Notes: generated from the sequence alone by a model not told the origin. A stretch of 42,899 nt of DNA from Candidatus Nomurabacteria bacterium (GCA_943349725.1 CALQZP010000003.1:1-42899), one strand, 5' to 3'; shown: positions 19,936-29,118, numbered from the stretch's first letter. Numbers and translations: made by a program.

Positions 19936-20041
19936 ATACACGCCATTGTAGCAGGATACTATTTTGTTTCAAAATGAAGGAAGCAAAATGAGGGAGTCGT
20001 TCGCCAAACTGTTCTTCTTCTCCCTACTACACACAGGGTAT

Positions 20042-20068
20042 AAAAAAGCCGAGCGTGGGGCTCGGCTG
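20042..20068 (-). terminator. Terminator downstream of the MazG-like gene
   Basis: Minus strand AGCCGAGC-N5-GCTCGGCT followed by a T tract. Confidence 0.75.
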
Positions 20069-20100
20069 ATGAAAAGAAGAAAAAAATATAGAGCACCGTT

Positions 20101-20714
20101 CTACATGACCTTATCTGCTCTGAAACCACACCGGCAGGGGATGGTGTGACATGTCGTACACCCGTTTCCAAAATGTAGCATAACCTCTTCATGTAGCCCC
20201 ACCCCAAGTACACTTGCAACAACACAGAGTGCTTCAACGCATTGCGCCATTTTTTTCCCGCGTCCTCAAAGTGAGATTTCTCATGCGTGGCTCGGTATTT
20301 TCCGACGGCCGCTTGCAGCGCTTGAACCTTCTCCGCTAAACAAAGTGCGGTGTTGGGAAGTATGGCACCACTATGTCGCGACGTGAAGTGTTTCTGAAGC
20401 TCAGGGAGTGGGATGTTTGGCGATAAACCCGTCTCGCACCACCGTGCTACCTCTTCGTGTAGTGGTACTTCCAAGCGATTCGCAATAGCGAGGAGCCAGG
20501 AGAGCATCATGCACAGGTGATAGGGCGTCCGCGCGGTGTCTGCTTTCCGCACTCGGAGCGATACCCTGGAGTTGTATTCAGCCAAGCGACCGAGCATCTC
20601 GTAGATTTCAAAGTTGCGTCCGTTGACTGCTCCATAAACGGTTTGGTTGAAGCGTTTCAAATCCGCGAGTGAGTGGTTGTTTAGGGGAATGGGGGATAGT
20701 TGTGATGTGTTCAT
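20101..20714 (-). pseudogene. MazG-like (NTP pyrophosphohydrolase fold) protein with a frameshift at an A7 run
   Basis: SWLLAIANRLEVPLHEEV helix motif; a -1 shift at 20250-20256 gives MAQCVEALCVVASVLGVGLHEEVMLHFGNGCTTCHTIPCRCGF, ending at 20101 just before a terminator. Confidence 0.65.
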
Positions 20715-20769
20715 GTGTTCAATTTGTTCTCTGCCCCAATCCTACGTGCCCCAGAGTGGATGTCAATTT

Positions 20770-20803
20770 ACTATAGGCTAATTCGTGCGAATTAGCCTAT
20801 AGT
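20770..20803. repeat. 34-bp palindrome
   Basis: ACTATAGGCTAATTCG-TG-CGAATTAGCCTATAGT. Confidence 0.9.
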
Positions 20804-20896
20804 GTCTAATGCCTTTCGAAGCAGTATGTGCCGCACTGCTCTAAGTTTACCCGAACCTGGAAGTGCAGCATCTTGTCTGAATTCTTTACACAGAGG

Positions 20897-20925
20897 TTGA
20901 CAAGAAATACTGCACCAGCTATATT
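20897..20925 (+). promoter_or_regulatory. Sigma70 promoter of the toxin-antitoxin operon
   Basis: TTGACA, 17 nt, TATATT; ATG follows after 9 nt. Confidence 0.7.
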
Positions 20926-20934
20926 AATGGCATT

Positions 20935-21717
20935 ATGCTTTCTCAATTTATTGGAGCGGAACGCAAAAGACGCGAGATGACACAGTCATTTGTCGCTAAG
21001 GCGCTTGGTATTTCGCGTCCAACCTATATGCAGATAGAGCAGGGCGGGCGTGATATAACCGTTACCGAAGCGAGGAAACTTGCGGAGGTGTTTGATATTC
21101 CACTTGAGCGGTTTTTGAAAGGTACTGAGGTGAGCACTACCGAAGTTAGACTTCCTGTAATTCGCGGGGGGAAGATGGGACATACTGCTCTACCAAAGAC
21201 GCGTGTTAATGTACCGCAAGAGAATCTTACAAAGTTTAAGGAAGTGCTTCTCTACATTCTTTCAAAAGTCGGCGGAAAGCCGAATGTCGGCGAAACAGTA
21301 CTGTATAAGCTCTTATACTTCATTGATTTTGATTACTACGAGAAGTTTGAGAAGCAATTCATCGGTGCAACCTACATAAAAAACCATTATGGTCCGACCC
21401 CCATTGAGTTTAAAAAGATAGTGGAGCGGATGCAGAAGGAGGGAGAACTTGAGGTAGTCAAGAGTGTCTATTTTGAGCATGAACAGAAAAAGTATCTTGC
21501 GCGACGCGAGCCGAAGCTCTCTGTCATTTCAGGCGAAGAGAAAGCACACATTGACGATGTGCTTGCGCGTCTTTCTGATAAAAACGCAAAGGAACTTTCC
21601 GATTATTCGCATAAGGATGTGCCGTGGGCGGTTGCCAAGATGGGCGAGCCGATTGAGTATGAACATGTGTTCTATCGCACGGATGAGTTTTCCCGTCGCT
21701 CATATGAAGCTCTTTAA
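20935..21717 (+). CDS. XRE HTH plus Panacea (DUF4065/SocA-like) antitoxin
   Basis: N-terminal HTH (TQSFVAKALGISRPTYMQIEQG); LYKLLYFIDF, YGPTP, LSDYSHKDVPW. Confidence 0.85.
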   Translation: MLSQFIGAERKRREMTQSFVAKALGISRPTYMQIEQGGRDITVTEARKLAEVFDIPLERFLKGTEVSTTEVRLPVIRGGKMGHTALPKTRVNVPQENLTKFKEVLLYILSKVGGKPNVGETVLYKLLYFIDFDYYEKFEKQFIGATYIKNHYGPTPIEFKKIVERMQKEGELEVVKSVYFEHEQKKYLARREPKLSVISGEEKAHIDDVLARLSDKNAKELSDYSHKDVPWAVAKMGEPIEYEHVFYRTDEFSRRSYEAL

Positions 21718-22039
21718 ACGTACACCTGAATTTGAAAAAGAGTTCAAACGACTTGTGAAGAAGTTTCGCTCGCTTGATGAGGATATATGTAGTTTTGAAA
21801 AAATACTTGAAGCCTATCCGACCGGTGTCGGCAGTAAGTTTGTTATTATTCACAGCGATAGTGGCGTAAAGATTGTGAAAGCTCGGCTCGCATGTCGCGC
21901 TCTCCGTGAGTCGTCCCTCCGGGTGATTTACGCATGGCACGAACAGTGTGTCACCTTTTTCTACATTGAACTGTATCATAAGGGCGAAAAGGAGAACGAG
22001 GACCGCGTGAGGATTTCCGAGTACTTGAAAAGTCTGTGA
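21704..22039 (+). CDS. RelE/ParE-superfamily toxin-like protein (111 aa)
   Basis: [15 protein letters not shown]...LRVIY, ELYHK; overlaps the antitoxin stop. Confidence 0.7.
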   Translation: MKLFKRTPEFEKEFKRLVKKFRSLDEDICSFEKILEAYPTGVGSKFVIIHSDSGVKIVKARLACRALRESSLRVIYAWHEQCVTFFYIELYHKGEKENEDRVRISEYLKSL

Positions 22040-22081
22040 TTTTTGTATTTTTCCCGCATAATGCTATACTTTCGGCCATCT

Positions 22082-23209
22082 ATGATACGGCTGGGACTTA
22101 CCTTTGATGACGTACTCCTTGAACCGCGGAGGACCGCGGTGAATCGTCGTGATGCGAATGTCGAAACGCGCCTTTCTAAAAAGGCGCGTCTTGCTATCCC
22201 GCTTCTCTCGGCGGCGTCCGACACGGTCTCGGATGCGCGGTTTGCGATAGCACTGGGGAAGCTCGGCGGGATGGCGGTGCTCCACCGCAACTGCAGTTTG
22301 GAAGAGCAGGTGAAGATGGTACAGGAAGTGAAGGCGTCGGGAGTGCTGGTGGGTGCGGCGGTGGGACCGCTTGATGTGGCGAGGGCGGTCGCGCTTGCGG
22401 AGGCGGGAGCGGAGGTAATTTTCATTGACTGTGCGCACGCGCACGCGCCGGGGATTATTGCGTCGGCGAGGGAGATGAAGAAAAGATTTAAATCCCTCCC
22501 GCTGAATACAGCGAGTGCTCCCTTTAACAAGGGGAGAATAAGTCCCCAGCTGGTGGTGGGAAATATCGTGACGAAAGAGGCGGCGAAAGACTTTGCAGGT
22601 ATCGCGGATGCACTGAAGGTTGGCATCGGCCCCGGCTCTATCTGCACGACAAGAATTGTAAGCGGTGTCGGCGTGCCTCAGCTCACGGCAGTTATGGATG
22701 TGGTCTCGGTCGCGAAAAAATATGGCATTCCGGTTATTGCGGACGGCGGTATTCGTTATTCGGGAGACATTGTGAAGGCACTTTCTGCTGGAGCATCTTC
22801 GGTGATGCTTGGCTCGCTTTTTGCGGGAGCAGAGGAAGCGCCCGGGGAAGTGATTGCGATTAACGGAGTGAAGTACAAATCGTACCGAGGAATGGGAAGC
22901 AAAGAAGCGCTGGAGAAGAGGCATGCCACAGATAGATACTCCGCGCAGACAAAAGAGAACACCACCACCCCGGCCTCCGGCCACCCCTCCTCACCTAAGG
23001 AGGGGAAACTCCATGTGGTGGAGGGGGTGGCGGGGAAGGTTCCGTATCGTGGAACCGTGGCGGATATTGTGGAACAGCTCGTCGGTGGTATCAAATCGGG
23101 AATGGGATATATTGGCGCGAAAACCGTAGAAGAGATGCCGAAGCAGGCGCGGTTTATACAGATAACGAATGCTGGGCTGAAGGAGTCACATCCGCATTCA
23201 CTGTCGTGA
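22082..23209 (+). CDS. guaB: IMP dehydrogenase (no CBS pair) with two repeat-derived insertions
   Basis: LTFDDVLL, catalytic [26 protein letters not shown]. Confidence 0.97.
   Translation: MIRLGLTFDDVLLEPRRTAVNRRDANVETRLSKKARLAIPLLSAASDTVSDARFAIALGKLGGMAVLHRNCSLEEQVKMVQEVKASGVLVGAAVGPLDVARAVALAEAGAEVIFIDCAHAHAPGIIASAREMKKRFKSLPLNTASAPFNKGRISPQLVVGNIVTKEAAKDFAGIADALKVGIGPGSICTTRIVSGVGVPQLTAVMDVVSVAKKYGIPVIADGGIRYSGDIVKALSAGASSVMLGSLFAGAEEAPGEVIAINGVKYKSYRGMGSKEALEKRHATDRYSAQTKENTTTPASGHPSSPKEGKLHVVEGVAGKVPYRGTVADIVEQLVGGIKSGMGYIGAKTVEEMPKQARFIQITNAGLKESHPHSLS
22490..22542 (+). repeat. In-frame palindromic insertion 1 in guaB
   Basis: AAATCCCTCC-CGCTG/CAGCG hairpin-CTCCCTTT-AAC-AAGGGGAG-AATAAG; encodes [18 protein letters not shown]. 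Confidence 0.7.
22958..23006 (+). repeat. In-frame palindromic insertion 2 in guaB (flap region)
   Basis: ACACCACCACCCCGGCCTCCGGCCA-CCCCTCCT-N6-AGGAGGGG; homologous to 771-816. Confidence 0.85.
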
Positions 23210-23212
23210 GAA

Positions 23213-23306
23213 AAACCAATCTGCGAATACCTGCGAATAAGAAAAGAATTCAGCATTAGTAGGTATTGGTAGATTGGTCGGGATTAGTTGATTGGTATTT
23301 GATTAG
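23213..23306. repeat. Degenerate tandem/inverted repeat between guaB and guaA
   Basis: CCAATCTGCGAATACCTGCGAAT ... ATTAGTAGGTATTGGTAGATTGG. Confidence 0.8.
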
Positions 23307-23307
23307 T

Positions 23308-24948
23308 ATGGAGCAGAACACACAAACCGACACAATTGCCGTTTTGGATTTTGGCTCACAGTATAGCCACCTTATCGTAAGGAGAATACGAGAGCTCTGC
23401 GTGCATGCCGAGCTTTTGCGTCCTGACACATCCGCGGATAGGCTTGCGGGGTTTGCTGGTGTGGTACTGTCGGGGGGTCCGCAAAACCTGTCAGAGTCTA
23501 CGGCGCTCAAAGCGGACCCGAAGCTGTACACGCTCGGTATTCCGGTGCTTGGAGTCTGTTACGGTCTGCAACTCATCGCGCATCAGCTCGGCGGGAAGGT
23601 TACGGCGGGGAACAAAAGGGAGTATGGACCGGTGCGTGTGGAGCTTTCGGGAAAGTCGGAGTTGTTTAAGGGGTTAAACACCACCGCCCTGACCTCACAA
23701 AAACACCACCACCCCGCCTCCGAAGACGGAGGCACCCCTCCTCAACTGAGGAGGGGAGAAGAGGGGAAAAAGCGGGAAGAACTGACGTGGATGTCACATG
23801 GCGACCAAGTGACAAAGATTCCCAAAGGCTTTAGCGTCACGGGAAAATCGGATGCGTGTCCGATTGTCGCGATTGAAAACGTGGAACAGAAGATTTATGG
23901 CATTCAATTTCATCCGGAGGTAAAACACACGGAGCACGGAACGAAAGTGCTCCAAAACTTTTTGACTATTGTCGGCGCGAAAAAAACCTGGAACCTCGGC
24001 AAGAATTGGATAGAGGCGCAGGTGGAGGATATCAAAACAAAGGTGGGAAGCGGTCGCGCGATCTGCGCGCTTTCGGGCGGAGTGGATTCTACCGTCGCGG
24101 CGTATCTCGTACATCGCGCCATTGGAAAACAGCTTACCTGCATTTATGTCGACACGGGAATGATGAGGCTGGGTGAAACCGAGCAAATCAAGAAGACATT
24201 TTCAAAACTTCCCAAACTGGATTTTAGAGTGGTGGACACGGAGAAAGAGTTTTTGAAGGCATTGCGGGGAGTGACCGAGCCGGAGAAGAAGAGAAAGGTG
24301 ATTGGGGAATTGTTTATTAGGTTGTTTGAAAAAGAATCCAAAAAACTCAAGGGTGTGAATTTTCTCGTGCAAGGGACGCTGTATACCGATGTGATTACCT
24401 CGGGCGTGTCGGTGGGCGGAAAGGCCTCCGTCATTAAGTCGCATCACAACGTCGGCGGACTTCCGAAAGATCTGAAGTTTAAGCTCATAGAACCGCTTCG
24501 CGATTTGTATAAAGACGAAGTGCGCCTTATCGGCAAGGAACTTGGGGTGCCGGAGGCTATCGTGAATCGACAGCCGTTTCCGGGTCCGGGGCTGGCGGTG
24601 CGGATTATCGGCGAGGTGACCAAAGCGAAACTGGATACGCTACGCTTGGCGGACGCGATTTTCCGTGAGGAGCTCATTACTTCGGGAGAAGCAAAAGGTA
24701 TCGCGCAGTACTTTGCGGTACTTCCCGATATTAGGAGTGTCGGGGTGCAGGGTGACGCGCGCACCTACGGACATCCGATAATTCTGCGAGCCGTTACCAC
24801 GATGGACTTTATGACCGCCGACTGGGCTCGCATTTCGACAGACACGCTCGCGAAGGTTTCCGCGCGTATCACGAACGAGGTTGCGGGTATTAATCGGGTG
24901 GCGTACGATATCACCTCAAAGCCACCTGCGACGGTGGAGTGGGAATAA
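23308..24948 (+). CDS. guaA: GMP synthase (glutamine-hydrolysing) with a repeat-derived insertion
   Basis: LDFGSQY, GVCYG, WMSHGD, QFHPEV, SGGVDS, KSHHNVGG, KPPATVEWE. Confidence 0.98.
   Translation: MEQNTQTDTIAVLDFGSQYSHLIVRRIRELCVHAELLRPDTSADRLAGFAGVVLSGGPQNLSESTALKADPKLYTLGIPVLGVCYGLQLIAHQLGGKVTAGNKREYGPVRVELSGKSELFKGLNTTALTSQKHHHPASEDGGTPPQLRRGEEGKKREELTWMSHGDQVTKIPKGFSVTGKSDACPIVAIENVEQKIYGIQFHPEVKHTEHGTKVLQNFLTIVGAKKTWNLGKNWIEAQVEDIKTKVGSGRAICALSGGVDSTVAAYLVHRAIGKQLTCIYVDTGMMRLGETEQIKKTFSKLPKLDFRVVDTEKEFLKALRGVTEPEKKRKVIGELFIRLFEKESKKLKGVNFLVQGTLYTDVITSGVSVGGKASVIKSHHNVGGLPKDLKFKLIEPLRDLYKDEVRLIGKELGVPEAIVNRQPFPGPGLAVRIIGEVTKAKLDTLRLADAIFREELITSGEAKGIAQYFAVLPDIRSVGVQGDARTYGHPIILRAVTTMDFMTADWARISTDTLAKVSARITNEVAGINRVAYDITSKPPATVEWE
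23676..23770 (+). repeat. In-frame, possibly nested palindromic insertion in guaA
   Basis: AAACACCACC occurs twice; GCCTCCG/CGGAGGC and CCCCTCCTC/GAGGAGGGG stems. Confidence 0.85.
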
Positions 24949-25048
24949 AGAGATGGAATATGAACCATGAAGGATGGAATATAAGAAAGAAGTGTGAAAA
25001 GCCCGCAATTGCTACTAACTACTTTCTATTAACTACGTACTAATTATT

Positions 25049-26065
25049 ATGGGCCAAAGAACAAAAACTCCACGAGCAGAACTCCACACACACCTTGGCG
25101 CGGCGGTTGACCCTGTGATTATGTGGACCATCGCGCATCGGCAAGGTATCAGACTTCCCGTCAAAGACTATTGGGATTTTGAAGAGCTCATCACGATGGG
25201 CGCGGATGAAAAGAATAAAGGGGTGGACGATATGGACAAGAAGTACTACCACCTCACCGAGCTTATTCAGTCGTCTCCCGAAGCCATTGAAGAGGCGGTT
25301 CATTCGGTTATCGGAGGAGGATACCGCAAATGTAACTTGGTACTCCAGGAACTTCGCTTCAGCCCGATGAAACGCAACCGCACGGGAGAGCGCGACCTTG
25401 ACTTCATTATGCTCGCGGCGCTGTGGGGAATGCGCAGGGCGATGGTGGAGTATCCGCAGGTGACCGCCGGACTCATCGTTGCGATGGACCGGAGTTTTAC
25501 CCCTGCGCAAAACGCGATTACGATTGAGAAGGCGATTAAGTATGCTTCAGACGGAATTGTTGGCATTGATATTTGTGGACCCGACCGAGATGATTTTTCT
25601 ATGAAAGACCACGCGCCACTTTTCGCCCGCGCGAGGAAGGCGGGACTCGGGCTTACGATACATTCGGGAGAGACAGGCAACCTTGAAGAGCTTCGCTATG
25701 TGGTGCGTCATATTAAGCCCGAGCGAATCGGACACGGAATTGCATGCATACAGGATAAGAAGCTTATGGCCGATATCGTCAAGCAAGGTATTGTGCTTGA
25801 GCTTTGCCCCACGTCAAATCTGCGGAACAGTGTGGTGAAAGATGTGGAGGAGCTCCGCACCATTATCCGCACTCTTATAGACCACAAAGTGCGTTTTACG
25901 ATAAACACCGATGGGCCCGAAATGTATAGAACGAGCGTGCTCAAAGAGGAGGAGTTTCTGCTCGCGAATGATATTATGAGTGAGAAGGAGCTCGCACAGT
26001 GCACGAAGTGGGCGTTTGAAGCAACTTTTATAAAGACGAAGGATGGTAAGAAGGTTAGAAAATAA
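25049..26065 (+). CDS. add: Adenosine/AMP deaminase family protein
   Basis: ELHTHLG, HSGE, RIGHG, ELCPTSN, NTDGP. Confidence 0.88.
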   Translation: MGQRTKTPRAELHTHLGAAVDPVIMWTIAHRQGIRLPVKDYWDFEELITMGADEKNKGVDDMDKKYYHLTELIQSSPEAIEEAVHSVIGGGYRKCNLVLQELRFSPMKRNRTGERDLDFIMLAALWGMRRAMVEYPQVTAGLIVAMDRSFTPAQNAITIEKAIKYASDGIVGIDICGPDRDDFSMKDHAPLFARARKAGLGLTIHSGETGNLEELRYVVRHIKPERIGHGIACIQDKKLMADIVKQGIVLELCPTSNLRNSVVKDVEELRTIIRTLIDHKVRFTINTDGPEMYRTSVLKEEEFLLANDIMSEKELAQCTKWAFEATFIKTKDGKKVRK

Positions 26066-26090
26066 TCCACTTAGGTTCAACCTAAGTGGA
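26066..26090. repeat. 25-bp palindrome with AGGTTCAACCT core
   Basis: TCCACTTAGGTT-C-AACCTAAGTGGA. Confidence 0.8.
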
Positions 26091-26097
26091 AATGTAT

Positions 26098-26370
26098 ATG
26101 GAAGAGCGATTTACCAAAATTGAACAGGAGCTTCAGGCGATTGCCGAGCGCAACGCACGGGTAGAAGCCGACAAGTCGTGGGAGACCAGTTTCTTTCGGA
26201 AGTGTACGCTTGCGGTCATGACGTATTTTGTTGCGGTACTTCTTTTATACTTGATTGGAGCGGAACATATTTTCTTGAGCGCGCTCGTACCAGCCGTCGG
26301 ATTTATTCTCTCGGTGCAGACTCTTCCTGCCGTGAAGCTTTGGTGGATTGGCAGATTTCTCAAAAAATAA
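26098..26370 (+). CDS. Small membrane protein of unknown function
   Basis: Coiled N-terminus, RNARVEADKSWETS, two hydrophobic segments; start uncertain (26086, 26092 or 26098). Confidence 0.7.
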   Translation: MEERFTKIEQELQAIAERNARVEADKSWETSFFRKCTLAVMTYFVAVLLLYLIGAEHIFLSALVPAVGFILSVQTLPAVKLWWIGRFLKK

Positions 26371-26921
26371 TGATGAACGGTAAACTTCAATTCGCCTGGA
26401 ACTTTCTCTGTCACCCTGTACGAAACGCCTCACTCATTCCAAGCTCCAGTTTCGCAAGTAAGGCAATGCTTGAGGGCGTTGATTTTTCTACCGTGAAAAC
26501 GGTGGTGGAGCTCGGTCCCGGCACGGGAGTATTTACGGAGGAAATACTGAAGCGATGCACACCCGGTACCAAAATACTTTTGATTGAGCTTGAAAAAGAT
26601 TACGTGACGTTGCTTCAAAAGAAATTCGGTGACCGCGTCATCGTGGAAAGCGCGAGCGCGCACCTTCTGGACGCGATACTCGCGAAGCACGGCGTTACCG
26701 AGGTTAACCTTATCGTTTCAGGACTTCCGTTTTCGCTTCCGCACGAGGTAAAGGAAAAGTTGTTCGCGTCGCTCGCAAAGCACACGTCGCAAGGGGCACA
26801 CTATCGCTTTTTCACCTACAATCCTCCCCTGATGAAGCGTGCGTACGCGAACCTTCCCATACACAAGCTATCGTTCGTACCTTTTAATATTCCGCCAATG
26901 TGGGTATACGGCATCAACTAG
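26370..26921 (+). CDS. Phospholipid N-methyltransferase-like SAM methyltransferase
   Basis: ASLIPSS, VVELGPGTGVFT, IVSGLPF, NIPP. Confidence 0.8.
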   Translation: MMNGKLQFAWNFLCHPVRNASLIPSSSFASKAMLEGVDFSTVKTVVELGPGTGVFTEEILKRCTPGTKILLIELEKDYVTLLQKKFGDRVIVESASAHLLDAILAKHGVTEVNLIVSGLPFSLPHEVKEKLFASLAKHTSQGAHYRFFTYNPPLMKRAYANLPIHKLSFVPFNIPPMWVYGIN

Positions 26922-26922
26922 T

Positions 26923-27501
26923 ATGAGTACCCACGCTTTTTTTGCGATACTTGCGACAACGATTGCACTCGCAAATAAAATCCCCTACATCGCGGATATT
27001 TATCGGCTGAAGACGACTCCGCACAGCTACTCCTGGCTTATCTGGACACTGCTTCAGGGGACCGGCGCGCTCGTTATGCTAAGCGGTGGTGCGGGATTTG
27101 GTGTTGCCTCGCTTCTCGCCGGAACCGTCCTGTGCGCCTTCATCTTTTTGCTTTCGCTTCGTTACGGCACAAAGAACATCACCACGTTTGATACGATCTG
27201 CTTTATCGGAGCACTCATTGCGACAGGAGTTTGGTTCTTTTTGCATGATGCGTTTCTCTCTATTCTGCTCATCTCCGCCATTGATTTTATCGCGTTTCTT
27301 CCCACATTTCGGAAGGCGTACGAAGAGCCATACAGTGAGACGCCCATAATGTATCTCTTTGCCGGTATTGGGGAGGGGTTCGCGCTTCTCGCCCTGACCA
27401 ATATTACCTTTACCACCTCCTTCTATTTGATAACCTTAGTTATTACCAACCCACTTTGCGCGGGTATCATTTGGTTTAGACGAGCGAAGCTTAACAATTA
27501 A
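26923..27501 (+). CDS. Multi-pass membrane protein
   Basis: About 7 hydrophobic segments; internal repeat IPYI...TTPH / LPTF...PYSET. Confidence 0.75.
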   Translation: MSTHAFFAILATTIALANKIPYIADIYRLKTTPHSYSWLIWTLLQGTGALVMLSGGAGFGVASLLAGTVLCAFIFLLSLRYGTKNITTFDTICFIGALIATGVWFFLHDAFLSILLISAIDFIAFLPTFRKAYEEPYSETPIMYLFAGIGEGFALLALTNITFTTSFYLITLVITNPLCAGIIWFRRAKLNN

Positions 27502-27512
27502 ACAATAGTGCT

Positions 27513-27875
27513 ATGCTGATTAAAGACTTAAACAACTGTGAGGAGTTTATCGCTGGCGATAAGACAATACTTCGCGAGTTGTTACACCCCCAAAAAATTA
27601 CGAATGTGGCTTTCCGCTACAGTCTCGCTCACGCGACGGTAAAGGCGGGAGAGAGTTCAACTTCGCACGCGCTCAAGACTTCGGAGGTGTACTATATTCT
27701 GGAAGGGGAGGGAGAAATGCACATTGGTGACGAATCCGCGATGGTACACGCGGGGCAAGCCGTCGTCATTCCGCCGAACGCCAGGCAGTATATTCGTAAT
27801 GTTAGTAGGGGCGCTTTGAAATTTCTTTGCATTGTAGATCCTGCGTGGCGCGTCGAAGATGAAGAAATTATGTAA
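27513..27875 (+). CDS. Cupin domain protein
   Basis: SHALKTSEVYYILEGEG, GQAVVIPP. Confidence 0.9.
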   Translation: MLIKDLNNCEEFIAGDKTILRELLHPQKITNVAFRYSLAHATVKAGESSTSHALKTSEVYYILEGEGEMHIGDESAMVHAGQAVVIPPNARQYIRNVSRGALKFLCIVDPAWRVEDEEIM

Positions 27876-27888
27876 CCGACGGCGTCTG

Positions 27889-27922
27889 TCTATTCGCCAA
27901 TTCGCGCGAATTGGCGAATAGA
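27889..27922. repeat. Perfect 34-bp palindrome
   Basis: TCTATTCGCCAATTCGC|GCGAATTGGCGAATAGA. Confidence 0.9.
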
Positions 27923-27945
27923 TAGGGCGCGGTTATAGGAGAAAT

Positions 27946-29118
27946 ATGCAATCGCGAATAGAGAAAGTAAGGAAAATACTCATTCAGGAGAAAGCGGACG
28001 CGCTTTTGGTGTGGAATGGTGAAGGAAGCGGACAGCCGGCAACAGCATGGTTGTCGGGGTTTTCTGGGACGTCCTCGGCGCTGCTGTTTGCTCGAGAAAA
28101 AATCCTCTCTATGGGCGAGTTCGCCACGAGCTTTAGCCGGCCTCCGGCCACCTCCTTTAGAAAAGGAGGAATAAGAATAAGAGCTTTCTTGATTACCGAT
28201 GGACGGTATACGGCACAGAGCAAAAAAGAAGCAAACGGATTTAAGATTTTCATTACTTCGCGGGAGAGAACCGCGACACAGATTTTGGAATCGCTTTGCA
28301 AACAGTATCATCTGCACAGGATTGTGTTTGATGGAAGTGTCACCTCCTACAGTGCGATCGAAGACATCACGAAAGCAATCTCAGCCGTTAACTTTTTGTC
28401 ACGTAAACGTGTCCTGCAGGAGCTTCGAATGGTCAAAGATACGGAGGAGATACGACTGCTTAAAAAAGCAGGGGATATTACCGTTCGGGCGTTCATGCGA
28501 CTTTTACCCGAGCTATATAGTGGGATGACCGAAAAAGAAATCGCACAGCGTCTTGAAATGCTCTGCATAGAGGAGGGATCGGAGGGTGTGGCATTTCCTA
28601 CGATTGTCGCTTCGGGTAAGAACGGCGCGTTTCCGCACGCGCGGGTAACGGATAAAGAAATTAAGAACGGAGAGCTTGTCACGATTGATTTCGGTGTGCG
28701 GTATAAGGGATATGTTTCGGATATGACCCGCACGGTTGGAATAGGGAAGATAGGGTCACGTCTCAAACGAATGTATGAAGCGGTTCGAAAGGCGCAGGAG
28801 CTCGGGTGCAAGAAGGCAAAGGCGGGAGTAACTGGAGGAAAAATTGATGCCGTGTGTAGAAACTATCTTGAGAAGAAAGGCTTCGGAAAATATTTCACGC
28901 ATTCCACGGGACACGGTATCGGTATTGAGGTGCATGAGCTTCCGCTAGTTTCTTTTCGGCAGAATACAAAGATGCCGGTGGGCGCGGTTATTACCTGTGA
29001 ACCTGGTGTGTATATTCCAAATGTGGGTGGAGCACGTATTGAGGACGCACTGGTGCTTACCAAAAGAGGAAATCTAAAACTGACAGAAGGTATCCCGAAG
29101 GAACTCATTGTACTCTAA
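27946..29118 (+). CDS. Xaa-Pro aminopeptidase (M24B) with a repeat-derived insertion
   Basis: TDGRY, IDFG, SDMTRT, HSTGHGIGIEVHE, EPGVY, RIED. Confidence 0.93.
   Translation: MQSRIEKVRKILIQEKADALLVWNGEGSGQPATAWLSGFSGTSSALLFAREKILSMGEFATSFSRPPATSFRKGGIRIRAFLITDGRYTAQSKKEANGFKIFITSRERTATQILESLCKQYHLHRIVFDGSVTSYSAIEDITKAISAVNFLSRKRVLQELRMVKDTEEIRLLKKAGDITVRAFMRLLPELYSGMTEKEIAQRLEMLCIEEGSEGVAFPTIVASGKNGAFPHARVTDKEIKNGELVTIDFGVRYKGYVSDMTRTVGIGKIGSRLKRMYEAVRKAQELGCKKAKAGVTGGKIDAVCRNYLEKKGFGKYFTHSTGHGIGIEVHELPLVSFRQNTKMPVGAVITCEPGVYIPNVGGARIEDALVLTKRGNLKLTEGIPKELIVL
28097..28175 (+). repeat. In-frame palindromic insertion in the peptidase N-terminal domain
   Basis: Contains CCGGCCTCCGGCCACC, identical to guaB insertion 2, and CCTCCTTT-AGA-AAAGGAGG-AATAAG, like guaB insertion 1. 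Confidence 0.8.

Noticed and set aside
19959-20250. C-terminal part of the 251-aa ORF as given in the track
   Set aside because: It runs through a terminator and the biologically plausible sequence lies in the -1 frame.
22040-22081. Purine riboswitch upstream of guaB
   Set aside because: Only 42 nt of intergenic space, and the -10 box is 11 nt from the ATG.
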